Shown here piece by piece: positions 51,256 through 60,196 of a DNA stretch of 64,000 nucleotides. The translations under genes were made by a program, and so were the position numbers. The DNA lies in assembly GCA_963422265.1 (NCBI GenBank), contig OY729416.1, positions 448,001 through 512,000 of the forward strand, read 5' to 3'. The first letter of the stretch is position 1; each line of letters starts with the position of its first letter. The DNA comes from Thermodesulfobacteriota bacterium. GTDB taxonomy: Bacteria > Desulfobacterota_D > UBA1144 > Nemesobacterales > UBA2774. Below the pieces are notes generated by a model. It did no database searches. It saw nothing but the letters and a program-made list of their open reading frames with translations, and had not been told where the DNA came from.

Positions 51256-53078
51256 AACTTGTAAAGCTTCATGTGGAAGGTTTTAGAGGTTTTGCTGAAA
51301 AGACCACTGTAAAATTTGATGATCTTACGGTATTTGTGGGGAAGAACGATGCAGGCAAGTCTTCGATTCTTGATGCTTTAAACATTTTCTTTGAAGCAGG
51401 CAAGATAGATATAGGTGATGTGAACACTGGACACCAAAATACCAGCTCGTCTTCTGTAGTCATCTCATGCGAATTTACCGACTACCCTGATAAATTGGTT
51501 ATAGATGCCTCAAATGAAATATCACTATATGAAGAATACTTACTGAATTCCGATCAAAATATACACATTAAGAAGGAATACGTTGGCAAGCATTTAACAT
51601 CTCAAGTTTATCTTGTGGCTCATCATCCTAGTAAAGATAATTTAGGAGACCTATTAGAACTTAGTATTAACGACTTGAAAAAACGTGCGCGAGATATTAA
51701 TGTCGATTTATCAGATGTTACTCAAACAATAAAAGCTGAAATACGCCATGCTATATGGAATAAGTGTGACGCGCATGCGTTTTTAAAAGAAAAAGAGATT
51801 CCAATAGATAAAAATGCTAAAGGTGAATTCAAGTCTATTGAAAAGAGTCTTAAAAAGTACATGCCAATATTTGCTTTGTTCAAATCTGATAGGCCAAATC
51901 TGGATCAGGATTCCGAGGCTCAAGACCCTCTAAAATTGGCTGTCAAGGAAATATTGAAAGAAGGAAAACAAGAACTTGATAAGGTTGCTTCTAAGATACG
52001 AGATAAATTACAACAGGTGGCTGATAGGACTGTAGAGAAAATAAAAGAGATGGACCCTGAAATCGCGAAACAACTAACCCCAAAAGTCGGTGAGCCTGCG
52101 TGGGATAAGGTATTCAAAATATCTCTCACAAGTGAAGAAGAAGTTCCAGTGAATAAACGGGGAAGTGGTGTGAGAAGACTGATATTGCTGAATTTCTTTA
52201 GGGTAAAGGCAGAAGAAAAAGCGAATGAGAAAGACGTAATTTATGCTATTGAAGAACCTGAAACATCTCAACACCCAAATCATCAGAAAATGTTAGTTAA
52301 TGCTTTTGAAGATCTTGTGCATCGCGGAAATTGTCAGGTATTTGTGACAACGCATACGCCAATGCTGGCTAGCCTTGTTCCAGATAATTGCCTGCGCTAT
52401 GTAAAAATTGATAACGGGGAGCGAAAGGTCATTGATGAGTTGGGCGACGAAGAAAAGAAAGAAATTGCTATTAGTCTAGGAGTATTGCCTGATAACAATG
52501 TGAAGTTGTTTTTATTTGTTGAAGGGAAAAATGATGAAAACTTTTTGAAAGGAATTGCGAAATTATTTTCCCTCGACCTGCAAGAAAAGGAAAAACGCGG
52601 AGAGTTGATTTTTATCTCTATGGGAGGAGGCAGTAATAGCAATCTGCAATACTGGGCAAATAAACTAGCAGAATTAAATAGGAAAGAGATGTATATCTAT
52701 GACAAGGATAATGATAATTCCCCTGATAGTGGAGAGAATGAAAATATCACTTTATTCCGAACTTGTAAAAGCGAGATGGAAAATTATATACATCCCGATA
52801 CCATCAAGGATGCTTACAAGGAACAGAATATAGAGATAAAAATAGAAGAAAACGAAATTCAAGATAATACTGATGTTCCAGTGTTGATTGCCAAGAAAGT
52901 TTATCAAGTAAGCGAAGGGCAAAAGAATTGGTCTGACATTACTGAGAAAGAAAAAAAACAAAAGGAGTCTAGAGTGAAGAGAATTCTTAATACATCTGCC
53001 GTAGAAAAGATGACTGGAGAACAGTTACGAGAAATAGGAGGATGGGATGAGATTAAAAATACACTGAACGCACGATGA
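51252..53078 (+). CDS. OLD-family ABC-ATPase/TOPRIM nuclease
   Basis: GKNDAGKS Walker A, RGSG signature, IEEPE Walker B, TTH switch; TOPRIM FVEGKND...YDKD; ATGA overlap with res and with mod. Confidence 0.85.
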   Translation: MKLVKLHVEGFRGFAEKTTVKFDDLTVFVGKNDAGKSSILDALNIFFEAGKIDIGDVNTGHQNTSSSSVVISCEFTDYPDKLVIDASNEISLYEEYLLNSDQNIHIKKEYVGKHLTSQVYLVAHHPSKDNLGDLLELSINDLKKRARDINVDLSDVTQTIKAEIRHAIWNKCDAHAFLKEKEIPIDKNAKGEFKSIEKSLKKYMPIFALFKSDRPNLDQDSEAQDPLKLAVKEILKEGKQELDKVASKIRDKLQQVADRTVEKIKEMDPEIAKQLTPKVGEPAWDKVFKISLTSEEEVPVNKRGSGVRRLILLNFFRVKAEEKANEKDVIYAIEEPETSQHPNHQKMLVNAFEDLVHRGNCQVFVTTHTPMLASLVPDNCLRYVKIDNGERKVIDELGDEEKKEIAISLGVLPDNNVKLFLFVEGKNDENFLKGIAKLFSLDLQEKEKRGELIFISMGGGSNSNLQYWANKLAELNRKEMYIYDKDNDNSPDSGENENITLFRTCKSEMENYIHPDTIKDAYKEQNIEIKIEENEIQDNTDVPVLIAKKVYQVSEGQKNWSDITEKEKKQKESRVKRILNTSAVEKMTGEQLREIGGWDEIKNTLNAR

Positions 53079-54805
53079 AAAAACCTAAATCTCTCAAAAT
53101 CACCCCTATCAAGGGGCGGCCGATGCTGCATTGGGTTGGTAAAAAGCCGCTGGACGTGGTGCGGCATTTCCCGGCGCAGGTGTGCGAGACGGTTGGGGTA
53201 ACAAGCCCGCCTGCTGAACCTTCTTACCGGGAATTTAAGAAAAATAGTTACAATCTGCTGTTTCACGGTGACAACAAGGAAATTTTATCGTCACTAATTG
53301 TGGCCGGGTTCCGTGGCAAGGTGGCTTTGATTTATATTGACCCGCCGTTTGACTCAGGGGCGGATTATGTACGCCGGGTGAAACTGCGCGGGCAATCTGA
53401 AAAGCTGGAGGGTGAAGGGCATACTTCCATTGAGCAAGCACAATACACTGATATCTGGGCGAACGATAATTATCTGCAGTTCATGTATGAGCGGCTGATA
53501 CTGATGCGAGAGTTATTGAGTGATAAAGGTAGTATCTATCTGCATTGCGATTGGCATAAGAACCATCACCTGCGATTCTTATTGGATGAAGTGTTTGGGG
53601 AGGAGAATTTCGTGAATGAGGTTGTTTGGTATTACAAAGATGCTTCAGGAATTATGAAAAAAGGATTTAGAAAGAAGCACGATACCGTCCTTATTTATGC
53701 CAAAAGTGAAAAATTCTATTTTAACTCTGATGTTGTAAGGCAGGATTATGGAGCATCAACAAAAAAAGCGGCTGAATCGGGAACTGTTTCTTTTGGCAGA
53801 CCCACAAAAATAAATTCATTAGGTAAATACCCAGATGATGTTTTAGAAATTTCCATCATTAACAGCCAAGCAAAAGAGCGGCTTAATTTTCCCACCCAAA
53901 AACCCGAGGACCTGTTGGAGCGCATCATAAAAGCTTCTAGTGATGACGGTTCCATTGTTTTAGATTGCTTTTGTGGTAGCGGCACCGCGGCTGCCGTAGC
54001 CGAGAAGCTGGGCCGCCGCTGGATCATGGCGGACCTGAACAAAGGGGCAATCAAAACCACTATGAAGCGATTGCAAGGCATTATTAACAGAAAGAACGGA
54101 GACCTTGCAGAGAAAAATGGACGTGGATTTATTCATTATCGGGTGAATAACTACGATTTTGCCAAACAGATCGAGCTCAAGAAAATAATCATCTCCAAAT
54201 ATGGAGTTCAAAAGGACAATGGGGATTTATTCTTTGATGGCTTGTATCAGGGGCAGTTGGCGAAGATTATTGACCTGAATAGACCTTTGACGCGGCTGGA
54301 CATTCAGATCATCAAGGATGAAATTCAAAACAACCGCCCGGAGGAAACACGCGACATCACTGTATTCTGCAATGGTTCAGAGTTAGAAATAATCAATGAA
54401 CTTGCCCAAGATAAAAACCCCATCAACAAAATCAAAGTTTGCGACATCCAGCAAGATGGCATGGTAACGAATCAGCCCGCAGAAGCGGACGTGTGCATCA
54501 CTAAACAAGGCGTGAAGGCAGAGGTAATGATCAATGACTATATCAGCCCTTCCATACTGGCACGTATGGATATAGACCGCACTATATTTGATGAGCAGAT
54601 TGACGATTTCCGAGCACAGATTGATTGCGTGCTGATTGACAACGACTATGACGGTGAGCGTTTCAACATTGTGGAGAGCGATTTACCACAAAGGAAAACG
54701 GATTATATCAGGGGCGAGTACCTGCTTACCCTCCCACACCCTGATGCCAAAGTGGCAGTAAAAATTGTGGATATGCTGGGCGAGGAAGTCGTTGTGGTGA
54801 GATAG
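53075..54805 (+). CDS. mod: Type III R-M Mod subunit (beta-class amino methyltransferase)
   Basis: GDNKEIL, LIYIDPPF (motif IV), variable TRD, FPTQKPE.LLERII, VLDCFCGSGT (motif I). Confidence 0.9.
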   Translation: MKKPKSLKITPIKGRPMLHWVGKKPLDVVRHFPAQVCETVGVTSPPAEPSYREFKKNSYNLLFHGDNKEILSSLIVAGFRGKVALIYIDPPFDSGADYVRRVKLRGQSEKLEGEGHTSIEQAQYTDIWANDNYLQFMYERLILMRELLSDKGSIYLHCDWHKNHHLRFLLDEVFGEENFVNEVVWYYKDASGIMKKGFRKKHDTVLIYAKSEKFYFNSDVVRQDYGASTKKAAESGTVSFGRPTKINSLGKYPDDVLEISIINSQAKERLNFPTQKPEDLLERIIKASSDDGSIVLDCFCGSGTAAAVAEKLGRRWIMADLNKGAIKTTMKRLQGIINRKNGDLAEKNGRGFIHYRVNNYDFAKQIELKKIIISKYGVQKDNGDLFFDGLYQGQLAKIIDLNRPLTRLDIQIIKDEIQNNRPEETRDITVFCNGSELEIINELAQDKNPINKIKVCDIQQDGMVTNQPAEADVCITKQGVKAEVMINDYISPSILARMDIDRTIFDEQIDDFRAQIDCVLIDNDYDGERFNIVESDLPQRKTDYIRGEYLLTLPHPDAKVAVKIVDMLGEEVVVVR

Positions 54806-54827
54806 CCGCAGGAATATAATAATATAA

Positions 54828-54842
54828 CGCTCTAAAAGAGCG
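54828..54842. terminator. Short hairpin after mod
   Basis: CGCTCT-aaa-AGAGCG; no clear U-tract on the plus strand. Confidence 0.25.
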
Positions 54843-54907
54843 AAAAAGATAGCCGTGTATCACATACGAGTGTATCAGACAAACAACTTCATCAGCTTGA
54901 GGCAGCA

Positions 54908-56290
54908 ATGATCTGTAATAGGCAATTTGAAATAAACAATCTTGGGGTCATAAGGAACGGGTCTTTTGAAGTGAAACCGCTTACCCTTTTTTGCGGCCCG
55001 AATAATAGTGGTAAGACCTGGGCAATGTATTCGCTATATCATTTTTATTCTTTTTTAAGACATGGCTTATCGCTGGCGCCTGTACTGGAAGAAAGTATCA
55101 ATATGTTACAACAAGGGTCTCGCCAATTTAATTTTATTGATTGGCTACAGCGTAACCACGAAGAGATCATTGATATTTGCAAGCTCCGAGTTTCAGAATC
55201 CCTACCCGATTTGTTTAACAGCCCATCTACAACGTTTCAGAACGCATCTTTCGGTTTGGTGATGAATACTGATGATTGGAGGCATGCTCTACAAACTTCA
55301 CAGGAGAAAACATATACGGATAAAAGCAAGAAGGAGACGATACGTTTTTCAAAGCCCGAAGGTGGAGAAATCATTGATATTTCTCATCAAGGAGCAAACG
55401 AGGATTTTCTGAAACGTAGTCTAGCGGCTTTTTTGAAAGACTTTATTGCGAATTGGTTGGTTCCTGGTATTGAAAATGCCGATATTTTCCTGATGCCTGC
55501 CGAGCGCAATGGTCTCCATTTATTTTTCCGTGAGCTCAGCAGTCGCCGCACGGCATTACTGCATCATGCCTCCAAAGAAAATATTGATATTAGCGAATTA
55601 CTGCGTGACGTCATACGTTCCCGCTATGCGATTCCAATCGCTAAATATATTGACTGGCTGAATAGTCTCGCGGAAATAAAAAAAATGGGTAGGGGTAAGT
55701 TTCACAGCTACGCGGAGAAATTGAAAAAATTGGCTGGCGGTGCGTATAGAGTTGATGCGAGGACCAGCGACATTACCTTCAAACCCTACCAGAAAAAACG
55801 TGATAGGAAACCAACGAAATTGTTGGGGTTGCATACTACGTCCAGCACAGTAAAGAGCCTGTTCGGGCTGTGGTTTTACCTGGAGTATCAGGCAAAATCT
55901 GGAGATACGTTGATGATTGATGAGCCAGAACTCAATATTCACCCTGAAAATCAGCGCAAGTTGGCGAGGTTTTTCGCCACGCTAGTCAACGCCGGCTTAA
56001 ACATAGTGATCAGCACGCATAGCGATTATATGGTGCGTGAGTTCAATTCACTTATTATGCTAAGTCGAGATAGGGACAGTAAGCTAAGGAAGAAACATGG
56101 TTATGCCAAAGAGGAAGTGTTAGAGCCGAAACAAGTCGGAGCATATTTATTTGATAAGCAAAAAATAGAGGCATTTGAGATTACACCGGAAGATGGTATC
56201 TACGCCACTACGTTTGATGACGTGATTCGTGACCTGAATAGGGTCAACGACGATATCTACTACAGCTTGAAGGAAGCGCAAGATGAGTAG
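54908..56290 (+). CDS. ABC-type (AAA_15/AAA_21-like) ATPase, defence-associated
   Basis: LFCGPNNSGKT, MPAER, LMIDEPELNIHPENQ, STHSD. Confidence 0.85.
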   Translation: MICNRQFEINNLGVIRNGSFEVKPLTLFCGPNNSGKTWAMYSLYHFYSFLRHGLSLAPVLEESINMLQQGSRQFNFIDWLQRNHEEIIDICKLRVSESLPDLFNSPSTTFQNASFGLVMNTDDWRHALQTSQEKTYTDKSKKETIRFSKPEGGEIIDISHQGANEDFLKRSLAAFLKDFIANWLVPGIENADIFLMPAERNGLHLFFRELSSRRTALLHHASKENIDISELLRDVIRSRYAIPIAKYIDWLNSLAEIKKMGRGKFHSYAEKLKKLAGGAYRVDARTSDITFKPYQKKRDRKPTKLLGLHTTSSTVKSLFGLWFYLEYQAKSGDTLMIDEPELNIHPENQRKLARFFATLVNAGLNIVISTHSDYMVREFNSLIMLSRDRDSKLRKKHGYAKEEVLEPKQVGAYLFDKQKIEAFEITPEDGIYATTFDDVIRDLNRVNDDIYYSLKEAQDE

Positions 56291-56852
56291 AAAACTCATT
56301 GAGTTATTTCAACGGTCTATTAACTCTGATTCTTGTTTGCAAAGAGAAGGTAGAAGCTGGCTGCTTCAGGATAATAATTGCAAAATAAGTTTGAGAGTTT
56401 CTAATCGGAACTCGCTCGGCTTTAGTTTGGATCATAAAAGTCAGCCTTCTCCTTTCCCTTTTTTCTCATCTAAGCCGCCATCGGGAATCGCTACAATGTG
56501 TGATGCAATCGTCGCGTTATCGTATAAAAATAAAGCTTATATATTTGTCATTGAGCAGAAAACAAACAATCAGGATAGTTATAAGAAACAATTAGCCAAT
56601 GGCAAATATTTTTGTGATTGGTTACTAATGCTGCTAAAAGAACATAAGCATTATAGCGACACACCCATTTTCATCGGTCTGCTATGCTGGAGGCCTCGTG
56701 AGAAATCGCCTGATAAGGGTACAACAACACATGGGATTAGTAAAGATAAAAAACAACATTCATTGTTTAATATGCTTTACGAAACCTCGAACCAAGAAGA
56801 AATCTACTTACAAGAACTGGCAGACGATGCCAATGGCCAATCTTTAGTATGA
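56283..56852 (+). CDS. Hypothetical protein, possible PD-(D/E)xK nuclease partner of the ATPase
   Basis: 8-bp overlap with the ATPase; CDAIV...FVIEQK...QL pattern. Confidence 0.6.
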   Translation: MSRKLIELFQRSINSDSCLQREGRSWLLQDNNCKISLRVSNRNSLGFSLDHKSQPSPFPFFSSKPPSGIATMCDAIVALSYKNKAYIFVIEQKTNNQDSYKKQLANGKYFCDWLLMLLKEHKHYSDTPIFIGLLCWRPREKSPDKGTTTHGISKDKKQHSLFNMLYETSNQEEIYLQELADDANGQSLV

Positions 56853-56853
56853 T

Positions 56854-56907
56854 AAATAAATATCAGCAAGTAGCGCTCACTTGCTTTGAAAAGGATCATA
56901 TTTATTT
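56854..56907. terminator. Nested inverted repeat / terminator after the ATPase-nuclease pair
   Basis: AGCAAGT-7 nt-ACTTGCT followed by TT, enclosed by AAATAAATAT...ATATTTATTT. Confidence 0.5.
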
Positions 56908-56979
56908 TTATTGCCATCGAGATGCCTTGTCCGAAACTATTAGCGCTCGCTGTGGTGTGAATGTGGAGCATTTGTAATT

Positions 56980-57246
56980 ATGTGGGAACATAAGAAAATA
57001 CTGATAACGATGAAGACCTACCCCAATTTGTCTGCCAAATACGATGAATTAGTTTGTGCCTCCGGCATTTTAGAAGATGGTTCATGGATACGTCTTTATC
57101 CGATCCCTTTTCGGCAGATGGATTATGACAGGCAATACAGAAAATACGACTGGATAGAAATCGAGACTCAGCGGCGCGGGCAAGACATGTGGCCAGAGAG
57201 TTTTACGCCAATTCCTGATTTTCTATTATTGTCAAAAAGGCAATAG
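56980..57246 (+). pseudogene. Probable 3'-truncated gene remnant (KTYP..S.KY.E.VC...WIRLYP.PFR family)
   Basis: Conserved-looking N-terminus ends abruptly after PESF; its last codons are occupied by a promoter for the next module. Confidence 0.6.
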
Positions 57247-57257
57247 AGTTTTATAAT
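57229..57257 (+). promoter_or_regulatory. Near-consensus sigma70 promoter for the 57330-58580 module
   Basis: TTGTCA-17 bp-TATAAT. Confidence 0.7.
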
Positions 57258-57329
57258 ACTTAAAGCTAAATTAGAAAGAATAAACAATACAGATAGAACA
57301 GTAAAAGCGAATGAAATGCAGGGAGCAAT

Positions 57330-57820
57330 ATGTTAACAGATCAAGAAATTCAAGACCTTATAACATCTCACAAAAAGATAAAAGAAAAAGTTCCTGCTGA
57401 AGGATACAAAGAAAATAATGAACACAGGCGTTGCACTTTGGCATTGGAGTCTATCCCCGAAATTAGTAATGTGTTTTCGGTCTTCATTCGTCAAAACAAG
57501 ACATTTATAGAAAACTTTTCTATTGGCTTGCGTTACAAAACAGAAGATAAAGTATTAGGTTCCGTGACGCTTATTCGTTACAATGGTTCTCACGGGGAGA
57601 AGAGCCGAAGGGTCACTACGACAAACCACATATACATCGTATAACTGCCAAGGAATTGAGATCAGGCAGTGTTAAGCCACAGGAAAGTCAGAGAGAAATT
57701 ACCGATACTTATAGGACGTTTGAAGAAGCTCTTAGAGTTTTCTTTGACGATGTTGGCGTAAGAGACTATTTAAAATACTTCCCTGACTTAAATCAAAGGA
57801 AACTTTTCAATGGACATTAA
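57330..57820 (+). pseudogene. Frameshifted His-rich gene (DUF6978-like) upstream of a DUF1828-like gene
   Basis: Frame 1 ends ...IRYNGSHGEKSR; the -1 frame from 57611 continues GHYDKPHIHRITAKE...TFEEALRVFF...LFNGH* to 57820, overlapping the next ATG. Confidence 0.75.
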
Positions 57821-58580
57821 TAGAATTATATCCCTGTTACAAGACAGGACAAGAACTGGTTTTGATATTTATGAACGCAGATCGGGCAAGTATCAACTTA
57901 TAAACCCTGTACTCCATGAGGACGGTGATATGGTGGATATATATCTGCAAGATAGTCCTAAAAGTGAAAACCATATACGCATCTGTGATTTTGGCATGGC
58001 GTTAATGCGCCTTTCTTACACTTATGAAATTAATACCGATTCCCGCCATAGAATTTTTGACAGCATTCTTATAAACAATGGCGTTCAAAATGACGCGGGA
58101 AATCTTTACTTGGATACGACACTCAATATGCTTTATGAGAGCATCCTTCAGTTCGCAGGCTGCGTGCAAAAAGTGTGCAACATGCGCTATTGGAGCAGAG
58201 AAATCGTCATAAGCGCATTTTATGATGACCTAAAAGAATATACAACTACTGAGCTAAGAAACTTTAACCCAATGCCTAATGAATCCCCTTTGCCTAATTA
58301 TGATATTATAAGCGTGGACTGGTTACTAACTCATAATAACCGCAGCCTTTATTTATTCGGAGTAAACACTAACGACAAAGCCAAAAGCACTGCCATTTCT
58401 TTGCTGGAATTCCAGAAGCAAAAATTGAATTTTATAAGTCTCGTCGTGCATGAAAATATGGAGGAACTTGGTAGAAAAGAGAGAATGTACCTTACCAAGA
58501 ATGCCGATACGCAATATCCGACCTTGGGAGATTTCCGAGACAAAGCGCCCTCGGATATTCCGAGACTCGCGGCGGCGTAA
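57810..58580 (+). CDS. DUF1828-like protein with a possible restriction-endonuclease-like C-terminal domain
   Basis: P..HEDGD.VDIYL...IRICDFG..L..L motif; C-terminal VDWLL...YLFGV. Confidence 0.7.
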   Translation: MDINRIISLLQDRTRTGFDIYERRSGKYQLINPVLHEDGDMVDIYLQDSPKSENHIRICDFGMALMRLSYTYEINTDSRHRIFDSILINNGVQNDAGNLYLDTTLNMLYESILQFAGCVQKVCNMRYWSREIVISAFYDDLKEYTTTELRNFNPMPNESPLPNYDIISVDWLLTHNNRSLYLFGVNTNDKAKSTAISLLEFQKQKLNFISLVVHENMEELGRKERMYLTKNADTQYPTLGDFRDKAPSDIPRLAAA

Positions 58581-58916
58581 TTACAAAAAACTACAGTTAA
58601 CTATACGCTGCAGCGCGGTTCCCTCTTGTTAAAGCTGTTACTTAAGTATTTGAATATGTTAAGCATGTTAATTTATTAGTTTGAAATTGTAATGTAACCC
58701 TCTAAAATCACTATATATATTCCAGTATTTGTTTATAGAGAAACCTTTACAAGATAAATCCCTAGAACCCGCAACCGTGGATATCACCTACTCTTCACAA
58801 GAATTAGGAAAGAGAACACTATAATAGTGGACTATGCAAATGAAGTAGTTTAGAGTAACATCATAATTTTAGACGTATTCTATTACACTGTAAGGGTTAT
58901 TGTAAGGAAATACATA

Positions 58917-60188
58917 TTGCCATCTTCCTTCAGATTCATTCACACCGCAGATATCCATCTAGACAGCCCGCTTAAGGGACTCGCCGGCCAGGACAAATAT
59001 ATAGCCGAACGTATTCGCACTGCCACACGCGATGCTTTTAACCAGCTTGTTGAACTCTCTATTGGAGAGCGAGCCGACTTTTTTATCATTGCTGGCGATC
59101 TTTACGATGGCGACTGGCGCGATTACAACACCGGACTGTTCTTCGTTCGTCAGATGGGGCGTCTCAAGAGTGCTGGCGTACCCGTGTATCTTCTATACGG
59201 CAATCACGATGCTGAAAGCCAGATTACTCGTCACCTCAACTTACCAGAAAATGTGAATACTTTTGGGAGCAGAAATCCAGTCACTTTCAAAATTAATAAT
59301 TTGGACGTCGCCTTGCATGGGCAGAGCTTCCGTCAACGCGATATCGCCGACAATCTAGTACTTAGTTATCCCGATCCAGTTGATAGCATATTTAACATTG
59401 GCGTTCTTCATACTGGACTTGGCGGTATAGGTGGTCATGAAAATTACGCGCCATGCGCTCTCGATGATCTTATAAACAAGGGATACGATTATTGGGCGCT
59501 TGGCCATGTACACAAGTCCAGGGTACTCAATGAGTATCCGCATATCGCCTTTCCCGGTAACTTGCAAGGGCGCAATGCGAACGAGACCGGCGATAGGGGT
59601 GCCTATATAGTCACGGTGGAAGATGGTGAGATTGTTGATTTCTCAGCCTTACACAGTGACGTTGTGCGATGGGCTCTTGTTCCCGTTGAGATGGATGGCG
59701 TTGCAAGCATTGACCAAGTTATTGATCATATTCGGGATGCGATTGAGGACGCCGTTAAAAATCTGGCAGACAGTCGCTTGTTGGTGTGCCGCTTGCGATT
59801 ACAGGGTAGCACGGAAATTCACGAGAAGATTTTAACTTCCCTGCATAGTCTCACCGCCGAAGCGCGCTCAAGCGCGCTTGGTCTAGGGAGCGACGTAGCA
59901 TGGGTCGAAAGAGTTGTTGTTGAGACGAAAACGGTTACAGATTCAAGAGCTTCGGTGGAACGTGAAGATACTGTTGGTGAATTGATGCAAATGTTGCAAG
60001 AAGCGAGTGCCGACACGGATTTCATAGAAGAGCTTAAAGCTGATATCGGCGAGATGATCGGACGTTTGCCTCCCGATCTGCGCAGTGAAGTTGAGGATGC
60101 AGTGCTCAAGGCGGCGATTGGTGGAGACTACGCTAAGCTCATTGCCGAAGCCAAGCCTTACCTGTTAGCGCGCCTGATAGAGGGATAG
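58917..60188 (+). CDS. Mre11/SbcD-like metallophosphoesterase nuclease (YhaO-like)
   Basis: HTADIHLD, AGDLYD, GNHD, YWALGHVH, PGNLQGR; TTG start. Confidence 0.9.
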   Translation: MPSSFRFIHTADIHLDSPLKGLAGQDKYIAERIRTATRDAFNQLVELSIGERADFFIIAGDLYDGDWRDYNTGLFFVRQMGRLKSAGVPVYLLYGNHDAESQITRHLNLPENVNTFGSRNPVTFKINNLDVALHGQSFRQRDIADNLVLSYPDPVDSIFNIGVLHTGLGGIGGHENYAPCALDDLINKGYDYWALGHVHKSRVLNEYPHIAFPGNLQGRNANETGDRGAYIVTVEDGEIVDFSALHSDVVRWALVPVEMDGVASIDQVIDHIRDAIEDAVKNLADSRLLVCRLRLQGSTEIHEKILTSLHSLTAEARSSALGLGSDVAWVERVVVETKTVTDSRASVEREDTVGELMQMLQEASADTDFIEELKADIGEMIGRLPPDLRSEVEDAVLKAAIGGDYAKLIAEAKPYLLARLIEG

Positions 60189-60196
60189 ATATAGAC

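Noticed and set aside
51252-53078. Gabija GajA or retron effector
   Set aside because: No UvrD-like GajB and no reverse transcriptase or msr-msd in the window
58595-58640. Integron attC-like sequence (AGTTAAC-5 bp-GCTGCAGC) just after the DUF1828-like gene
   Set aside because: Only the left half resembles attC; there is no complementary L'/R' arm, no second attC and no intI. At most a remnant
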